Positions 1-10,312 of a stretch of DNA of 64,000 bases are shown piece after piece. The stretch spans positions 216,634-280,633 of the forward strand of contig CBDBMS010000003.1 in assembly GCA_965207545.1 (NCBI GenBank), in the 5' to 3' direction. Within the stretch, counting starts at the first letter, position 1. The number at the start of each line of letters is the position of its first letter. A program made the translations under genes and the position numbers. The stretch is from Gammaproteobacteria bacterium. GTDB taxonomy: Bacteria > Pseudomonadota > Gammaproteobacteria > Tethybacterales > CBDBMS01. Below the pieces are notes generated by a model that was not told where the DNA came from, did not search any database, and saw only the letters and a list, made by a program, of their open reading frames with translations.

Positions 1-587
1 ACGATGAATTCGGTTGATCCATGGGCTGGTGTCGACGGATCTGAATTGAGTGGGTCAAAACGAGCTATCTTCCCATTTTCCAAGCACGGTGTGATGCGGG
101 CCATCAGGGTATCACCACCCCTGAATCGGGATCCTCCGCCAGAGTACTTGCGGTGGCTACTTGCTGAAGCCATCCTAAGGTTTGGGGTTAAGGAGGCCAT
201 GCCGACAAACGGGTACATGGTTCCGCGCTCAAGATGAACAGCGGGATTCAACAGCACAGCGTCGCTAAATGGCATGTTACGCCACTCATTGCAAAGCAGC
301 TCAACCCCGTTTTTTGCAATATGCTCAAGCAGAGCATCGCTATCAAGATCCTTATACAGAAGTAGATCGACCCGTTGGGGGATCGATAGGTTCTCCATGG
401 CATCGGCAAGCATGGCCTGATCCGTTAAGGTCAGGCGGTCGCCGAACAACGCCAAATCAACATCTGAAGTGGTAGTGAATGTCTCCATAGCCCGGGAACC
501 AAACAGAACCGCCCCATCCACCCGGTTGTTTTCGGCGAGAACGCAGATAATGGCGTCCCAGTGTTTCTTTTTAAGGCCGTAGGTCAG
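1..587 (-). CDS. hsdS: MNT (minimal nucleotidyltransferase) domain fused to type I R-M specificity subunit HsdS; 3' end runs off the window
   Basis: Manual translation of the minus strand from CTG at 587-585 (overlaps the HEPN TGA; GGAG 8 nt upstream) gives 195 stop-free codons. It reads ...AVLFGSRAMETFTTTSDVDLAL (GSx10DxD MNT motif)...VDLLLY...HIAKNGVELL, then NEWRNMP...GSRFRGGDTLMARITPCLENGK...HGSTEFI (typical HsdS TRD motifs). Absent from the ORF track because there is no stop in the window. Confidence 0.85.
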   Translation of the reverse strand, partial: MTYGLKKKHWDAIICVLAENNRVDGAVLFGSRAMETFTTTSDVDLALFGDRLTLTDQAMLADAMENLSIPQRVDLLLYKDLDSDALLEHIAKNGVELLCNEWRNMPFSDAVLLNPAVHLERGTMYPFVGMASLTPNLRMASASSHRKYSGGGSRFRGGDTLMARITPCLENGKIARFDPLNSDPSTPAHGSTEFI

Positions 588-991
588 AGCTTCTTCTCCA
601 GAGTTTGATGAAGCCTGCGCAACATGGGGTGGTACTGTTCCTTGATCAGGGCTTCTACTTTCCTCGCCTTTTCTTCCTGATAGATATGGCTCATCTTGTT
701 GCGGTTTTCAAGTGCGTTAAGAAAATATTCGCAGTCATCCTCATCAAGATACTCCGACTCGAAACCCTGGCGAATCACGGCGCGCGGACTTTTCATGTCA
801 TACCCTTCTATGAAAAGAAAAGCCTTTAGCGTTAACCATGCAAGTTCGTAAGTGAATATGAACGTTTGGATCAGTCCGGTCCGTTCGAGACTGGTGTATG
901 AAGCCATGTTGCAGGCGTCGTCCAAATGGGAAAGTGCCTTGCTGAAGCTGTCAAAGCGTTGCTTCCAGCGCTGTTCGTCGGTATTACTCAC
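584..991 (-). CDS. HEPN-domain protein, HI0074 nucleotidyltransferase substrate-binding family (putative RNase toxin)
   Basis: RWKQRF..F.KAL, GLIQTF.FTYELAW, SPRAVIR and the Rx4H motif RNKMSH-IY; start overlaps the hsdM stop codon. Confidence 0.88.
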   Translation of the reverse strand: MSNTDEQRWKQRFDSFSKALSHLDDACNMASYTSLERTGLIQTFIFTYELAWLTLKAFLFIEGYDMKSPRAVIRQGFESEYLDEDDCEYFLNALENRNKMSHIYQEEKARKVEALIKEQYHPMLRRLHQTLEKKL

Positions 992-2610
992 GATTTTTCG
1001 TCCCAGAATTCGAGAATCTTCATGTTTTCCCTGATTTCCGCATCCAGCCGCGCTCCTTCAGCTTGCTGTTCGCGGAGTTTGGAAACAAGCCTTTGCATCT
1101 TCTCCGTGAACGGCTCACCGTCATCCTCCTGCGCTTCCGCGCCCACATAGCGTCCGGGGGTGAGTACGTGGTCGTGCCTGCGCACCTCATCCAGCGGAGC
1201 GCTCCTGCAAAAACCGGGAATGTCAGCATATCCGCTCGTATCCTTTCCGCCCCGCCACGAATGGTAGGTTCTGACGATGCGGGCGATGTCGCCGTCAGTC
1301 AGTTCGCGGTGAGTGCGATCGATCATGTGACCGAACTTGCGGGCGTCAATGAAAAGCATTTCGCCGCGACGGTCACGGAACTTGCCTTTCCGCCGGTTCC
1401 GGGAGAGGAACCACAGGCAGGCTGGTATCTGGGTCGAATAGAAGAGCTGGCCGGGAAGGGCGACCATGCAGTCAACAAGATCCGCTTCGACTAGGTTTTT
1501 TCTGATCTCACCTTCGCCTGACTGATTCGACGACATTGAGCCATTGGCGAGCACAAAGCCCGCTGATCCGGTGGGGGAGAGGTGATGGACGATATGCTGT
1601 ACCCAGGCAAAGTTGGCATTTCCCTTGGGCGGGATGCCGTACTTCCAGCGCTTGTCATCGGTGAGCCGTTCGCTGCCCCAGTCGGAGATGTTAAACGGCG
1701 GATTGGCGAGGATGAAATTGGCTTTGAGGTCGGGATGGCGGTCGTTGTGGAAGCTGTCGCCATGGGCAATTTGCCCTTCGATGCCGCGGATGGCGAGATT
1801 CATCTTCGCGAGCCGCCAAGTTGTGTAGTTTGACTCTTGACCGTAGATTGAGATATCCCCTTTGGTTCCTCTTGGGACTTTTTTGCTGTTGCCGTTGCCA
1901 GTGGCGTGCGCGCGGATAAATTCGACCGACTGTACGAACATGCCGGAGGAGCCGCAACAGGGATCGTAAACCCGACCCTCGTAGGGCTTCAGCATCTCGA
2001 CCAAGAGCTTGACAACGCAGCGGGGGGTATAGAATTCGCCGCCCTTCTTTCCCTCGGCACTGGCAAACTGGGAGAGGAAGTATTCATAGACGCGGCCAAT
2101 CACGTCCTTGGAGCGGGAATCCTCATCGCCCACCTTGATGTTGCTGATCATGTCGATGAGTTGGCCGAGCCGTTGCTTGTCGAGAGCGGGGCGTGCATAG
2201 TCCTGGGGTAGCACATTCTTGAGAGTTGGATTGTCGCGCTCGATGCCCGCCATCGCATCGTCGATGAGCTGGCCGACGGTGGGTTGACGCGCTTGAGTCT
2301 TGAGGTGTGGCCAGCGAGCCTCGGGCGGCACCCAGAAGATGTTCTTGGCGCGGTATTCGTCCGGATCCTCCGGGTCGGCGCCTTGATCTTGTTCAGCTTC
2401 GAGGCGGTCGTGCATCTCCCCGAAAGCATCGGAGATGTACTTCAGGAAGATGAGGCCGAGGACGACGTGCTTGTATTCGGATGCGTCCATCGAGCCACGC
2501 AGGGCGTCAGCCATGCGCCATAGCTCGGTTTCGTAGCCTGTTGTGGCGCCTGAACTCCTAGATTCGACATGAGAGATCCGAGTGGGCTTGCTTGGATGGC
2601 CTCGTGTCAT
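988..2610 (-). CDS. hsdM: Type I restriction-modification methyltransferase subunit M (N6-adenine)
   Basis: [42 protein letters not shown] (SAM-binding) and NPPFN (catalytic) motifs. Confidence 0.96.
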   Translation of the reverse strand: MTRGHPSKPTRISHVESRSSGATTGYETELWRMADALRGSMDASEYKHVVLGLIFLKYISDAFGEMHDRLEAEQDQGADPEDPDEYRAKNIFWVPPEARWPHLKTQARQPTVGQLIDDAMAGIERDNPTLKNVLPQDYARPALDKQRLGQLIDMISNIKVGDEDSRSKDVIGRVYEYFLSQFASAEGKKGGEFYTPRCVVKLLVEMLKPYEGRVYDPCCGSSGMFVQSVEFIRAHATGNGNSKKVPRGTKGDISIYGQESNYTTWRLAKMNLAIRGIEGQIAHGDSFHNDRHPDLKANFILANPPFNISDWGSERLTDDKRWKYGIPPKGNANFAWVQHIVHHLSPTGSAGFVLANGSMSSNQSGEGEIRKNLVEADLVDCMVALPGQLFYSTQIPACLWFLSRNRRKGKFRDRRGEMLFIDARKFGHMIDRTHRELTDGDIARIVRTYHSWRGGKDTSGYADIPGFCRSAPLDEVRRHDHVLTPGRYVGAEAQEDDGEPFTEKMQRLVSKLREQQAEGARLDAEIRENMKILEFWDEKS

Positions 2611-2807
2611 ATGCGATTTTGCTCCATGCTAAAGTATAAAGTCCCCCTGAAAATTGTCAGATCGGGAGCCGGTTTGGTTGGTGCCAACAAAGCCTCCATT
2701 GGCAGGATTCTTTGACTCGCTACCAGAACCCGATTTCCTTTGACCGTCCATTTTCAGAGGTGTCTTATATTCTAGCCCTTGTTGGGGGTTCAAATCCTTA
2801 TCAAATA

Positions 2808-2880
2808 CGTCCCCAAGGGGATTCGAACCCCTGTTACCGCCGTGAAAGGGCGATGTCCTAGGCCTCTAGACGATGGGGAC
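2808..2880 (-). tRNA. tRNA-Glu(TTC), no encoded CCA
   Basis: Minus strand GTCCCCATCGTCTAGAGGCCTAGGACATCGCCCTTTCACGGCGGTAACAGGGGTTCGAATCCCCTTGGGGACG: cloverleaf with TTC anticodon, followed by TAT. Confidence 0.95.
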
Positions 2881-2887
2881 ACCGTTG

Positions 2888-2960
<73 letters not shown>

Positions 2961-2972
2961 CGCGAGAGGGTA

Positions 2973-2978
2973 ATTATA
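2973..2978 (-). promoter_or_regulatory. Probable -10 box (TATAAT) of the tRNA-Ala/Glu operon
   Basis: Consensus TATAAT 12 nt upstream of the tRNA-Ala 5' end; no clear -35. Confidence 0.5.
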
Positions 2979-3075
2979 GGTTATTTGCCCTGCCACTGGG
3001 GATTCATTCTCTCTTCAAATGGCGTTGTAAGTAGAATGGCGACGACTGTATCTCTCCTGTTCTGAGCGTGTCTGC

Positions 3076-3657
3076 ATGAACCTTCAACCCTACGTTGAGC
3101 TTTGGCTGTTCGCCGCCTTCATGACGGGCACACCGGGACCGGCAAACCTGCTCATGATGTCGGCTGGCGCGAGCCATGGACTGCGGCGTTGTGTTGGCTT
3201 CCTGCTTGGGCTGCTGGTGAGCAAGGCGCTTCTTAACGTGGCCGTTGGAACGGGTTTTGCGGTACTGTTCGACAGATATCCGTTCATTGTCTACGCCATG
3301 AAAATCGGTAGTGCCGGAGTGATGATTTGGCTTTCGGTGCTGACACTCGGAGGCCGTGATTCCGGAGCAAACCGGCCTCGGATGACATTTGCGAAGGGAA
3401 GCATTGTTCATCTCGTCAATCCCAAGGCCTACGCGATGTCGATACTGGCCTGGAGCAATTTTGCGGTCGACATACCTGGGCAGGAGATGCGTTTCGCTGC
3501 CGTGGTTCTGGCGTTTGCCAGCACTCAGCTGATTGCACATGCGGGATGGGGGTTTGCCGGACAGTTGATGCGCAGGGCTCTAGGTGAGGGAGAAACCCTT
3601 CAGAGAGTGCTGGTCGGCCTCACCATTTTCGTGGTGATTGCCTCGCTTTTCATCTAA
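3076..3657 (+). CDS. LysE/RhtB family amino-acid exporter
   Basis: Hydrophobic 193 aa with TPGPAN and NPKA signature motifs. Confidence 0.88.
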   Translation: MNLQPYVELWLFAAFMTGTPGPANLLMMSAGASHGLRRCVGFLLGLLVSKALLNVAVGTGFAVLFDRYPFIVYAMKIGSAGVMIWLSVLTLGGRDSGANRPRMTFAKGSIVHLVNPKAYAMSILAWSNFAVDIPGQEMRFAAVVLAFASTQLIAHAGWGFAGQLMRRALGEGETLQRVLVGLTIFVVIASLFI

Positions 3658-3721
3658 GTGAGGATTCATACGAAGGTGCCGTTCCGGGCAAAGCCGTGCT
3701 CTTGCAGTTAGAATTCTGCCC

Positions 3722-5761
3722 ATGTCCCCGGATTCCAGAAAGATATTGGTGACGAACGCCTTACCCTATGCGAACGGCGACATTCACATAGGGCATCTTC
3801 TCGAACACATCCAGAGCGACACCTGGGTGCGCTTTCAGCGACTGATGGGCAACGAGGTTTACTATGTCTGCGCCGATGACACGCACGGAACTCCGGTGAT
3901 GCTGCGGGCATCGGAGAAGGGAATCAGTCCGGAGGAGCTGATTGGGCAGATGCATGCCGAACATGTACGCGACTTCGAGGCGTTCGGCATTTCCTATGAC
4001 AACTACCATACGACGCACAGCGAGGAGAACCGCATTCTCGCGGAGACCATCTACGGCAACCTGAAGAAGGCTGGTTTGATCGTCATCCGTGATGTTGAGC
4101 AGCTTTACGATCCAAAGGAGCGGATGTACCTGCCGGACCGCTATGTCCGCGGAGTATGTCCCCGTTGCGGCGCCAAGGATCAGTACGGCGATTCCTGCGA
4201 GTCCTGCGGAGCGGTCTATTCCCCGGCGGAACTGAAGGAGGCGTATTCGGTTGTGTCGGGCACAACGCCTGAGTGGAGGAAGACCGACCACCACTTCATC
4301 AAGCTTGGCGGGCAGGGTGACATGCTGCGCAGCTGGATCACGGAGGACATACCCGATCCGATGGGTGGCGAAGGCGCCGTCAAGCCGCGCATCCAGAAGG
4401 AGGCCCGCAACAAGCTGGACGAGTGGTTCAAGGATGGTCTCCGCGACTGGGACATCAGCCGCAACGGTCCCTATTTCGGTTTCCGGATCCCCGATACGGA
4501 GGACAAGTACTTTTATGTGTGGCTGGATGCGCCGATCGGCTACATGGCCAGCTTCCGGAACTACTGCGATCGGAACGGGGTCGACTTCGATCTTTACTGG
4601 AAGAGCGAGGAGAGTGAACTCTATCATTTCATCGGCAAGGACATTCTCTATTTCCATGCGCTGTTTTTTCCTGCGATGCTTCACAACAGCGGCTTCCGTC
4701 GTCCGACCCAGATATACGCACACGGCTTTCTCATGGTTGACGGCGAGAAGATGTCGAAGTCGCGCGGGACATTTATCACTGCGCGCAGCTACATCGAACA
4801 GGGCCTCAATCCGGAATGGCTCCGCTACTATCTGGCCTGCAAGTTGAGCGACCGCATTGAGGACGTCGATCTGAGCTTGGACGACTTCATCAGCCGGGTC
4901 AACAGCGATCTGGTGGGTAAGTTGGCGAACATACCCAGCCGCGTTTCGGGGTTTCTGATGAAGCACTTCAATGGAGAGCTTGTGCAGCCGAAGGATTCGT
5001 GGATCAAGCCTGATGCGCACCGTATCGCTTCGCTCTACGAGGCGCGCCGCTTCTCGGAAGTGGTTCCCGAGGTGATCAGGCTGGCCGAAGAGGTCAACCG
5101 CCGCTACGACCAGTGCAAGCCGTGGGAGATTGCCAAGGAGGGGATCCGGCTCTCCGAACTGCAGGAGATATGTTCCGCGGCGCTCGGGGCTTTCCGTCAG
5201 ATCTGCATACTCCTCAAGCCGATCCTTCCCCAATTTGTCGCGGAGGCCGAGAGGTTCATGGGTGTTGAGCCGCTGTCATGGGATGATCTTGCAGTTCCGT
5301 TGCCGGCCGGGCACAAGGTCGGCAAGGCTCCCCATCTGATGAAGCGCATAGAGCGCAGGATGATCGATGCTCTTTTGGATGCGAACAGGATCGGCAGGCC
5401 TGCAGCGGATGGTGACAGTGGCGGAGATGTTCCGGAGCAGGTGGCGATCGACGACTTTGCCAGGATTGACCTGAGGATCGCTGATGTCAAGGAGGCGCAT
5501 GATGTTCCCGAATCATCGAAGCTGGTCCGGTTGCTGCTTGATGTGGGCGGAACCGAAAGGACTGTGTTTGCAGGCATAAAGCGTGACTGGAAGCCCGAGG
5601 ATCTGGTTGGCATGCAGGTTGTTTTGGTCAACAACCTTGCTCCGCGCAAGATGAAATTCGGCACTTCCGAAGGTATGGTGATCGCTGCCGAATCGGAATC
5701 CGGCGAGATACAGCTGCTGATTCCAGCCGGCAGGTGCCGGAGCGGATCCCGCGTGAGTTGA
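3722..5761 (+). CDS. metG: Methionyl-tRNA synthetase
   Basis: ALPYANGDIHIGH, Zn knuckle CPRC...CESC, KMSKS and a C-terminal tRNA-binding OB domain (NLAPRKMKFG). Confidence 0.98.
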   Translation: MSPDSRKILVTNALPYANGDIHIGHLLEHIQSDTWVRFQRLMGNEVYYVCADDTHGTPVMLRASEKGISPEELIGQMHAEHVRDFEAFGISYDNYHTTHSEENRILAETIYGNLKKAGLIVIRDVEQLYDPKERMYLPDRYVRGVCPRCGAKDQYGDSCESCGAVYSPAELKEAYSVVSGTTPEWRKTDHHFIKLGGQGDMLRSWITEDIPDPMGGEGAVKPRIQKEARNKLDEWFKDGLRDWDISRNGPYFGFRIPDTEDKYFYVWLDAPIGYMASFRNYCDRNGVDFDLYWKSEESELYHFIGKDILYFHALFFPAMLHNSGFRRPTQIYAHGFLMVDGEKMSKSRGTFITARSYIEQGLNPEWLRYYLACKLSDRIEDVDLSLDDFISRVNSDLVGKLANIPSRVSGFLMKHFNGELVQPKDSWIKPDAHRIASLYEARRFSEVVPEVIRLAEEVNRRYDQCKPWEIAKEGIRLSELQEICSAALGAFRQICILLKPILPQFVAEAERFMGVEPLSWDDLAVPLPAGHKVGKAPHLMKRIERRMIDALLDANRIGRPAADGDSGGDVPEQVAIDDFARIDLRIADVKEAHDVPESSKLVRLLLDVGGTERTVFAGIKRDWKPEDLVGMQVVLVNNLAPRKMKFGTSEGMVIAAESESGEIQLLIPAGRCRSGSRVS

Positions 5762-5798
5762 TGTCGGCAGCCGACTGGGAGAAGGTTAGAATCGGAGC

Positions 5799-6749
5799 AT
5801 GAAGGTTTGCGTATTTGGAGGAACCGGCTTCATCGGTTCAGCGTTGACTGCGATGCTGGTCCGGCAGGGTCATGACGTGGTCGTGCCAACCAGAAACCGC
5901 GAACAGTGCAAGCAGGACCTCATTGTGTTGCCCACACTTGACTTGGTTCAGTGTGACGTGCTCTCACCCAAGTCGATGGACCGGATTGTCGAAGGCTGTG
6001 ACGTTGTGGTTAACTTGATCGGCATCCTGAACGAGGGAGGCCGCAACACATTCGAATCGATCCATATTGAGTTCAACCGCAAGTTGGTTGACATACTGCC
6101 ACGGCACAATGTGAAGCAGATCATCTACGTAAGTGCGATCAATGCCGCTTCCGGTGCGCCGAGCAAGTACCTGCGTAGCAAGGGTAAGGGCGAGGTGACT
6201 GTCAAGTCGGTCGGTGGGAAGGTTGACTGGACCATCATACGTCCGTCGGTCGTGTTTGGCAGCGGTGATTCGTTCACGACGCTGTTCGCTAGGCTAGTGA
6301 GCCTGTTCCCTGTCATGTTGCTGCCCTGTCCGAACGCCAAGTTCCAGCCCATATGGGTGCAGGATCTTGTACGGCTGATTTGTCTGTCGATCGGCAACCG
6401 CGAGTTCTGTGGCACCCCTCTGTCGGCTGGCGGACCGGAGGCGCTTGACCTGGAGATGATAACCGTAATGATAGCCAAGGCGCTCGGAAAAAGCCCGCTG
6501 GTCATTCCGCTTGGCACAGGATCCTCATACCTGCTTGCAAAGATGGCGGAAATGATGCCTTTCGTCGACATGCTGAGCACGGACAACTGCGATTCGATGT
6601 CTGTGCCGAACGTTTGTACCGATGGCAACGCTGCCGCGTGGCTTGATGGCTCTCTCATGTCGCTTGAATCCGAACTCCGGTTGAGACTTGGGCGAACGTC
6701 GACCTCGCAGGAGCATCTGAGCGAGATCCGACACACGGCGCGGCGCTAG
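5799..6749 (+). CDS. NAD-dependent epimerase / complex I NDUFA9-like SDR
   Basis: GGTGFIG, NLIGIL, SKYLRSK..GE, RPSVVFG and FQPIWV motifs. Confidence 0.88.
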   Translation: MKVCVFGGTGFIGSALTAMLVRQGHDVVVPTRNREQCKQDLIVLPTLDLVQCDVLSPKSMDRIVEGCDVVVNLIGILNEGGRNTFESIHIEFNRKLVDILPRHNVKQIIYVSAINAASGAPSKYLRSKGKGEVTVKSVGGKVDWTIIRPSVVFGSGDSFTTLFARLVSLFPVMLLPCPNAKFQPIWVQDLVRLICLSIGNREFCGTPLSAGGPEALDLEMITVMIAKALGKSPLVIPLGTGSSYLLAKMAEMMPFVDMLSTDNCDSMSVPNVCTDGNAAAWLDGSLMSLESELRLRLGRTSTSQEHLSEIRHTARR

Positions 6750-6804
6750 TCGGGTCCATGTTGCCGGCGGAACCCGGACAGGCAACGGTGGCAGGTCGCC
6801 AGAC

Positions 6805-8019
6805 ATGACTTCCAGAAGAGAGTCACAGGATCCCGCGGCAGGTCTGCAGTCCTATCTTGTCGGCGGTGCCGTTCGGGATCGCGTGCTTAACCTTGAGATC
6901 AAGGACCGGGACTATGTTGTTGTCGGACAGACACCTGATGCGATGGTGGCGCGAGGGTTCCTTCAGGTCGGTCAGGATTTTCCGGTGTTCATCCATCCGC
7001 TGACGGGGGACGAGTATGCATTGGCACGTACAGAGCGCAAGTGGGGCAAGGGTTACAAGGGGTTTGTGTTCCACTACTCGCCTGACGTCACGCTTGAAGA
7101 GGACTTGGCACGGCGTGACCTGACCATCAACGCCATTGCCCAGGATGCTGCCGGCAAGTTGATCGATCCCTACGGTGGCTGCAACGACATAAGGGAAGGC
7201 GTGCTTAGGCATGTCTCGGATGCGTTCGCCGAGGATCCTCTGAGAGTGCTGCGCGCTGCGCGCTTTCATGCGCGTTTCGGCTTCAGGATTGCGGACAGCA
7301 CCATGTCGCTAATGCGGCGCATAGTGAAGGAGGGTGAACTTGGCCATTTGGCGACCGAGCGCATCTGGGCGGAGATATCGAGGGGCATCCGGGAGCGGAA
7401 GCCTTCGCGCATGTTTGTGGCGCTCGAAAAGTGTGGTGCACTGTGTCACATCACGCCGGAGCTTTCCGCTGCCTGGAACTGTACTGTGGATTACGGCCTC
7501 ATGAAAGGGATGCGGTTTGGCTTGCGCGCAATGGCGTCGGCTGACAAGTGCAGCGAGAGCGGGCTTCCTCTGGGATGCAGGTTTGCCGCCCTGCTGTGCG
7601 CAGCACCTGATTCTGCTGGAGATGCGGCTATCCTTGTTGCGAATGTTTGCAAGTCGCTCAAGGTTCCGCGCAGAGTGACCAGGCATGCCGAGGCGGCCAT
7701 CAGGGCCAGGGTTCTGATTTGCCGACAGCTTGACGGTGATGGGCTGGACTGCGACGGGCTTCTCGACCTGTTGCATTCGCTTAACTGGCCCCGCGACAGG
7801 AAAATGATGGACAATGTTCTGCAGTTGCTTGAAGCCGATCTGTCGATTGACGGAGTTGCCGGAGTGAACGAGTTGGCCGAACGTTTACGGCAGGCGAGAG
7901 AGGTCTTGCAGACACCCGAAGTGAGTGGCAGGATCAGGGATATGGGTGCAACGCTTACTCCAGGCAAGGTTCGTGGAATCAGACTCGACGCGCTTCGCAA
8001 GGCAGGCCTTGGCAGCTAG
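6805..8019 (+). CDS. cca: CCA-adding tRNA nucleotidyltransferase (class II), HD domain degenerate
   Basis: YLVGGAVRD, DRDYVV, EYALARTE, DLARRDLTINA, EDPLRVLR and ERIW.E motifs. Confidence 0.93.
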   Translation: MTSRRESQDPAAGLQSYLVGGAVRDRVLNLEIKDRDYVVVGQTPDAMVARGFLQVGQDFPVFIHPLTGDEYALARTERKWGKGYKGFVFHYSPDVTLEEDLARRDLTINAIAQDAAGKLIDPYGGCNDIREGVLRHVSDAFAEDPLRVLRAARFHARFGFRIADSTMSLMRRIVKEGELGHLATERIWAEISRGIRERKPSRMFVALEKCGALCHITPELSAAWNCTVDYGLMKGMRFGLRAMASADKCSESGLPLGCRFAALLCAAPDSAGDAAILVANVCKSLKVPRRVTRHAEAAIRARVLICRQLDGDGLDCDGLLDLLHSLNWPRDRKMMDNVLQLLEADLSIDGVAGVNELAERLRQAREVLQTPEVSGRIRDMGATLTPGKVRGIRLDALRKAGLGS

Positions 8020-9176
8020 TCTCCGGTCTTCTCCTGCTCCCTCAGGAAATCGTTGCAGAAGTTCTCCGGATCGGTCCGCGCCTTGCTATCGGGATGCGTC
8101 GACAGGATGTTGAGAACCGCTTCCAGCACCAGTTGACCACCGTTCTCCGCCTCATCGTCAGCGTTGTCTGACGCCTCGTTCCTCTCCTCCTCCCCGGTTT
8201 CATTTTCTTGGCCGCTGGTGTTTTTGCCATTCCCCTCGATTTTGGACATCAGGCTGCCGATTGCTTTCGTATCCAGTCCGTTGTCCTTCAGATACAGATA
8301 GGATAGACAGTCCGCCTCGCGCTCATGCTCGCGCGAGTAGTTCATCTGCGTGAGAATGATCGGAACCGACACCAGCCCCGATATGTCCCCGGTGATCAGG
8401 CCGAAGGCGAAGCCAATAGCTGCAGCTTGTACAAGGCTGCGCAGCGAATGACGTTTCCGTACGTGCTCGATCTCATGGGCGAGAACGGCGACCAGTTCGT
8501 CGCCCTCGGCCAGCCTGTTGATTCCGTCCAGAACGATGATCTTTCCGTTTGGCAGTGCGAAGGCGTTTGCAACGCTTTGACCGTTGGCATCCATGTTCCT
8601 CAGAAGAAGTTCGAAGTCTCGCTCCCACGGCAGGTCATTGGCGATCCTGTCGAAAGTTGTGTGTATTTCCCGCTGATCTTCATCGGAAAGCTGGCTGGAC
8701 TCAAGAAATTTGGCGTCAAACTCCTCAAGCACCCGGTTTGAGGCATCATCCAGAAGATCAATCGGCAGTTTCCAGGCGATTGTGTCTGCAACCAGGGGCA
8801 CTCCCTTGATTAGGAGCGTCGCGCCGACGGCCAGTCCTAGCGTCACGGAAACCGCCAGGATGGCAAGGTTCCGTTCGAGGCAGTGCAGCAGGCCGCCTTG
8901 GCGGTTGCCTGTCTTGGCGAGGATCCCGGCAAACCCGTCGTTGTCGTTGATGATCAGTTGGGTTCCATCGGGAAAGCATACCGTTCTCGGCGTATCGCCC
9001 AGCCGCGACGAGATTTCGACGCGACGCAATGGTGCCGACACTGTGCGGCCGTCCTTGTTTCTGGCATGGATGGTCGAATCATCGGTTCTTATCCACACTG
9101 TAGCCTCGGTCCTTTTGCTCTTTAGCCGGTCGAACCAGAACGCATTGACGATGTTGGTGTCCATGGCGTTCGTCAA
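8016..9176 (-). CDS. M48 family membrane-anchored metallopeptidase
   Basis: NAFALPNG, LAHEIEH (HExxH), YSREHEREAD and STHP motifs; one TM segment; paired with the YjgN gene. Confidence 0.9.
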   Translation of the reverse strand: MTNAMDTNIVNAFWFDRLKSKRTEATVWIRTDDSTIHARNKDGRTVSAPLRRVEISSRLGDTPRTVCFPDGTQLIINDNDGFAGILAKTGNRQGGLLHCLERNLAILAVSVTLGLAVGATLLIKGVPLVADTIAWKLPIDLLDDASNRVLEEFDAKFLESSQLSDEDQREIHTTFDRIANDLPWERDFELLLRNMDANGQSVANAFALPNGKIIVLDGINRLAEGDELVAVLAHEIEHVRKRHSLRSLVQAAAIGFAFGLITGDISGLVSVPIILTQMNYSREHEREADCLSYLYLKDNGLDTKAIGSLMSKIEGNGKNTSGQENETGEEERNEASDNADDEAENGGQLVLEAVLNILSTHPDSKARTDPENFCNDFLREQEKTGD

Positions 9177-10312
9177 ACAAGGCCGACATCGAAGTCGAAG
9201 GCATCTGAAGCGGCATCTCCTATGGCGCTTTCCCTCTTGCCTTCGCTTCCGAGTATCTCCTCAAGGTTCTGTGAACCCTCCAGGTGGATGGCTATGCCTT
9301 TCGTAAGGCTGCGGGAGCGGCGGATCACGCTCCAAGGCCTCAAAAGACCTGCCGATAGCAAGGTCAGAATGGTGGTGATGAACAGCAGCAAGCCGTAGCG
9401 GCCGACACCTAGGTTGCATACAAGATGCCCTCCGTCGAATCTGATCGAGTTCAGCAGTGTTTTTGTCAGGCCGGCTCTGACAATGGAGAACATGTGGAGA
9501 AGCAGCAGAATGACTACTGTGCTCAGCACGGCGATGTTTTCGGAAAGTTTCCAGACGGCGAAGAGAACCGCCGCCGCCGCAGCTACGTAGGCCACCGGAA
9601 CGAGGACCATGTAGCCGGCATAGGGCCGAAGCCCCTGTTCGAAGCGAATCTGTAGCGATCCTAGGGAATGATTGCCCGCCAGATAGCGGTGGTACTTGCG
9701 CATGAAATAGGGTGCCATCGCCAGAATTGAAGCCAGATAGGCCAGTTCGCAAATCTCCGTCCAAGTCAGTTTCAGGGATCTTGTGCTGATGAGTTCAAGT
9801 TCGAAACTGGGGGGCAGGTGAAGAAGAAAATGGACAAGTGGCCAGGCCAGAATCATGAAGACTGGAATGAAGATCACGTAGATCGTGAGGAACGCCTTGT
9901 CAAAGAGGAAACGCACGGTGCGATAGGAGGTGTTGCGCGCATTGAAGGCCAGTCCGCGAGCCAGTAGCGGCGGCACGAGGAATGCCAGAATGAGCGAGTA
10001 GTAGGAATCAAGCGGCAGATCGCTCGAATCGAACTGATAGTTGATCAGCAGCAGGGCGCTCACGAAGGCGATCCGCGAGACGAGAATCGACAGGGGGTTT
10101 GCATGGTAGTCGAAGCGGGAGCCACACGCCTGGGTGTTGCCAAGCAGATAGCGCTTTCTGCGCACCTTGCTCCAAGCCGAATAGATGCCGAAAGTCACTA
10201 CTGAAAGCGCCGCCGTCGACATCCACAGCTTGGTGTATTCCCAGGCGTCGCCGCTGAAGCTGAATGGGTTCGCCTGCGGTTCGGGTGAGCCGCTGTGCAA
10301 GCCTTCGTTCAA
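9173..10312 (-). CDS. YjgN/DUF898 family inner-membrane protein
   Basis: FSGDAWEY.KLW, LSVVTFGIYSAWSKVRRKRYL.GNT and C-terminal AFDFDVGL; TTG start with AGGAG; typical partner of the M48 peptidase. Confidence 0.88.
   Translation of the reverse strand: MNEGLHSGSPEPQANPFSFSGDAWEYTKLWMSTAALSVVTFGIYSAWSKVRRKRYLLGNTQACGSRFDYHANPLSILVSRIAFVSALLLINYQFDSSDLPLDSYYSLILAFLVPPLLARGLAFNARNTSYRTVRFLFDKAFLTIYVIFIPVFMILAWPLVHFLLHLPPSFELELISTRSLKLTWTEICELAYLASILAMAPYFMRKYHRYLAGNHSLGSLQIRFEQGLRPYAGYMVLVPVAYVAAAAAVLFAVWKLSENIAVLSTVVILLLLHMFSIVRAGLTKTLLNSIRFDGGHLVCNLGVGRYGLLLFITTILTLLSAGLLRPWSVIRRSRSLTKGIAIHLEGSQNLEEILGSEGKRESAIGDAASDAFDFDVGLV

Noticed and set aside
4-475. Plus-strand ORFs 4-237 and 269-475
   Set aside because: Antisense to the motif-bearing MNT-HsdS frame.
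6773-6785. Spacer 9 3' end (…CCGGACAGGC) matches upstream of cca as possible self-targeting
   Set aside because: Only a 10-nt exact match, expected by chance for 26 spacers in 64 kb; the same 10-mer also occurs near 43878. A full self-target search was not possible by eye.
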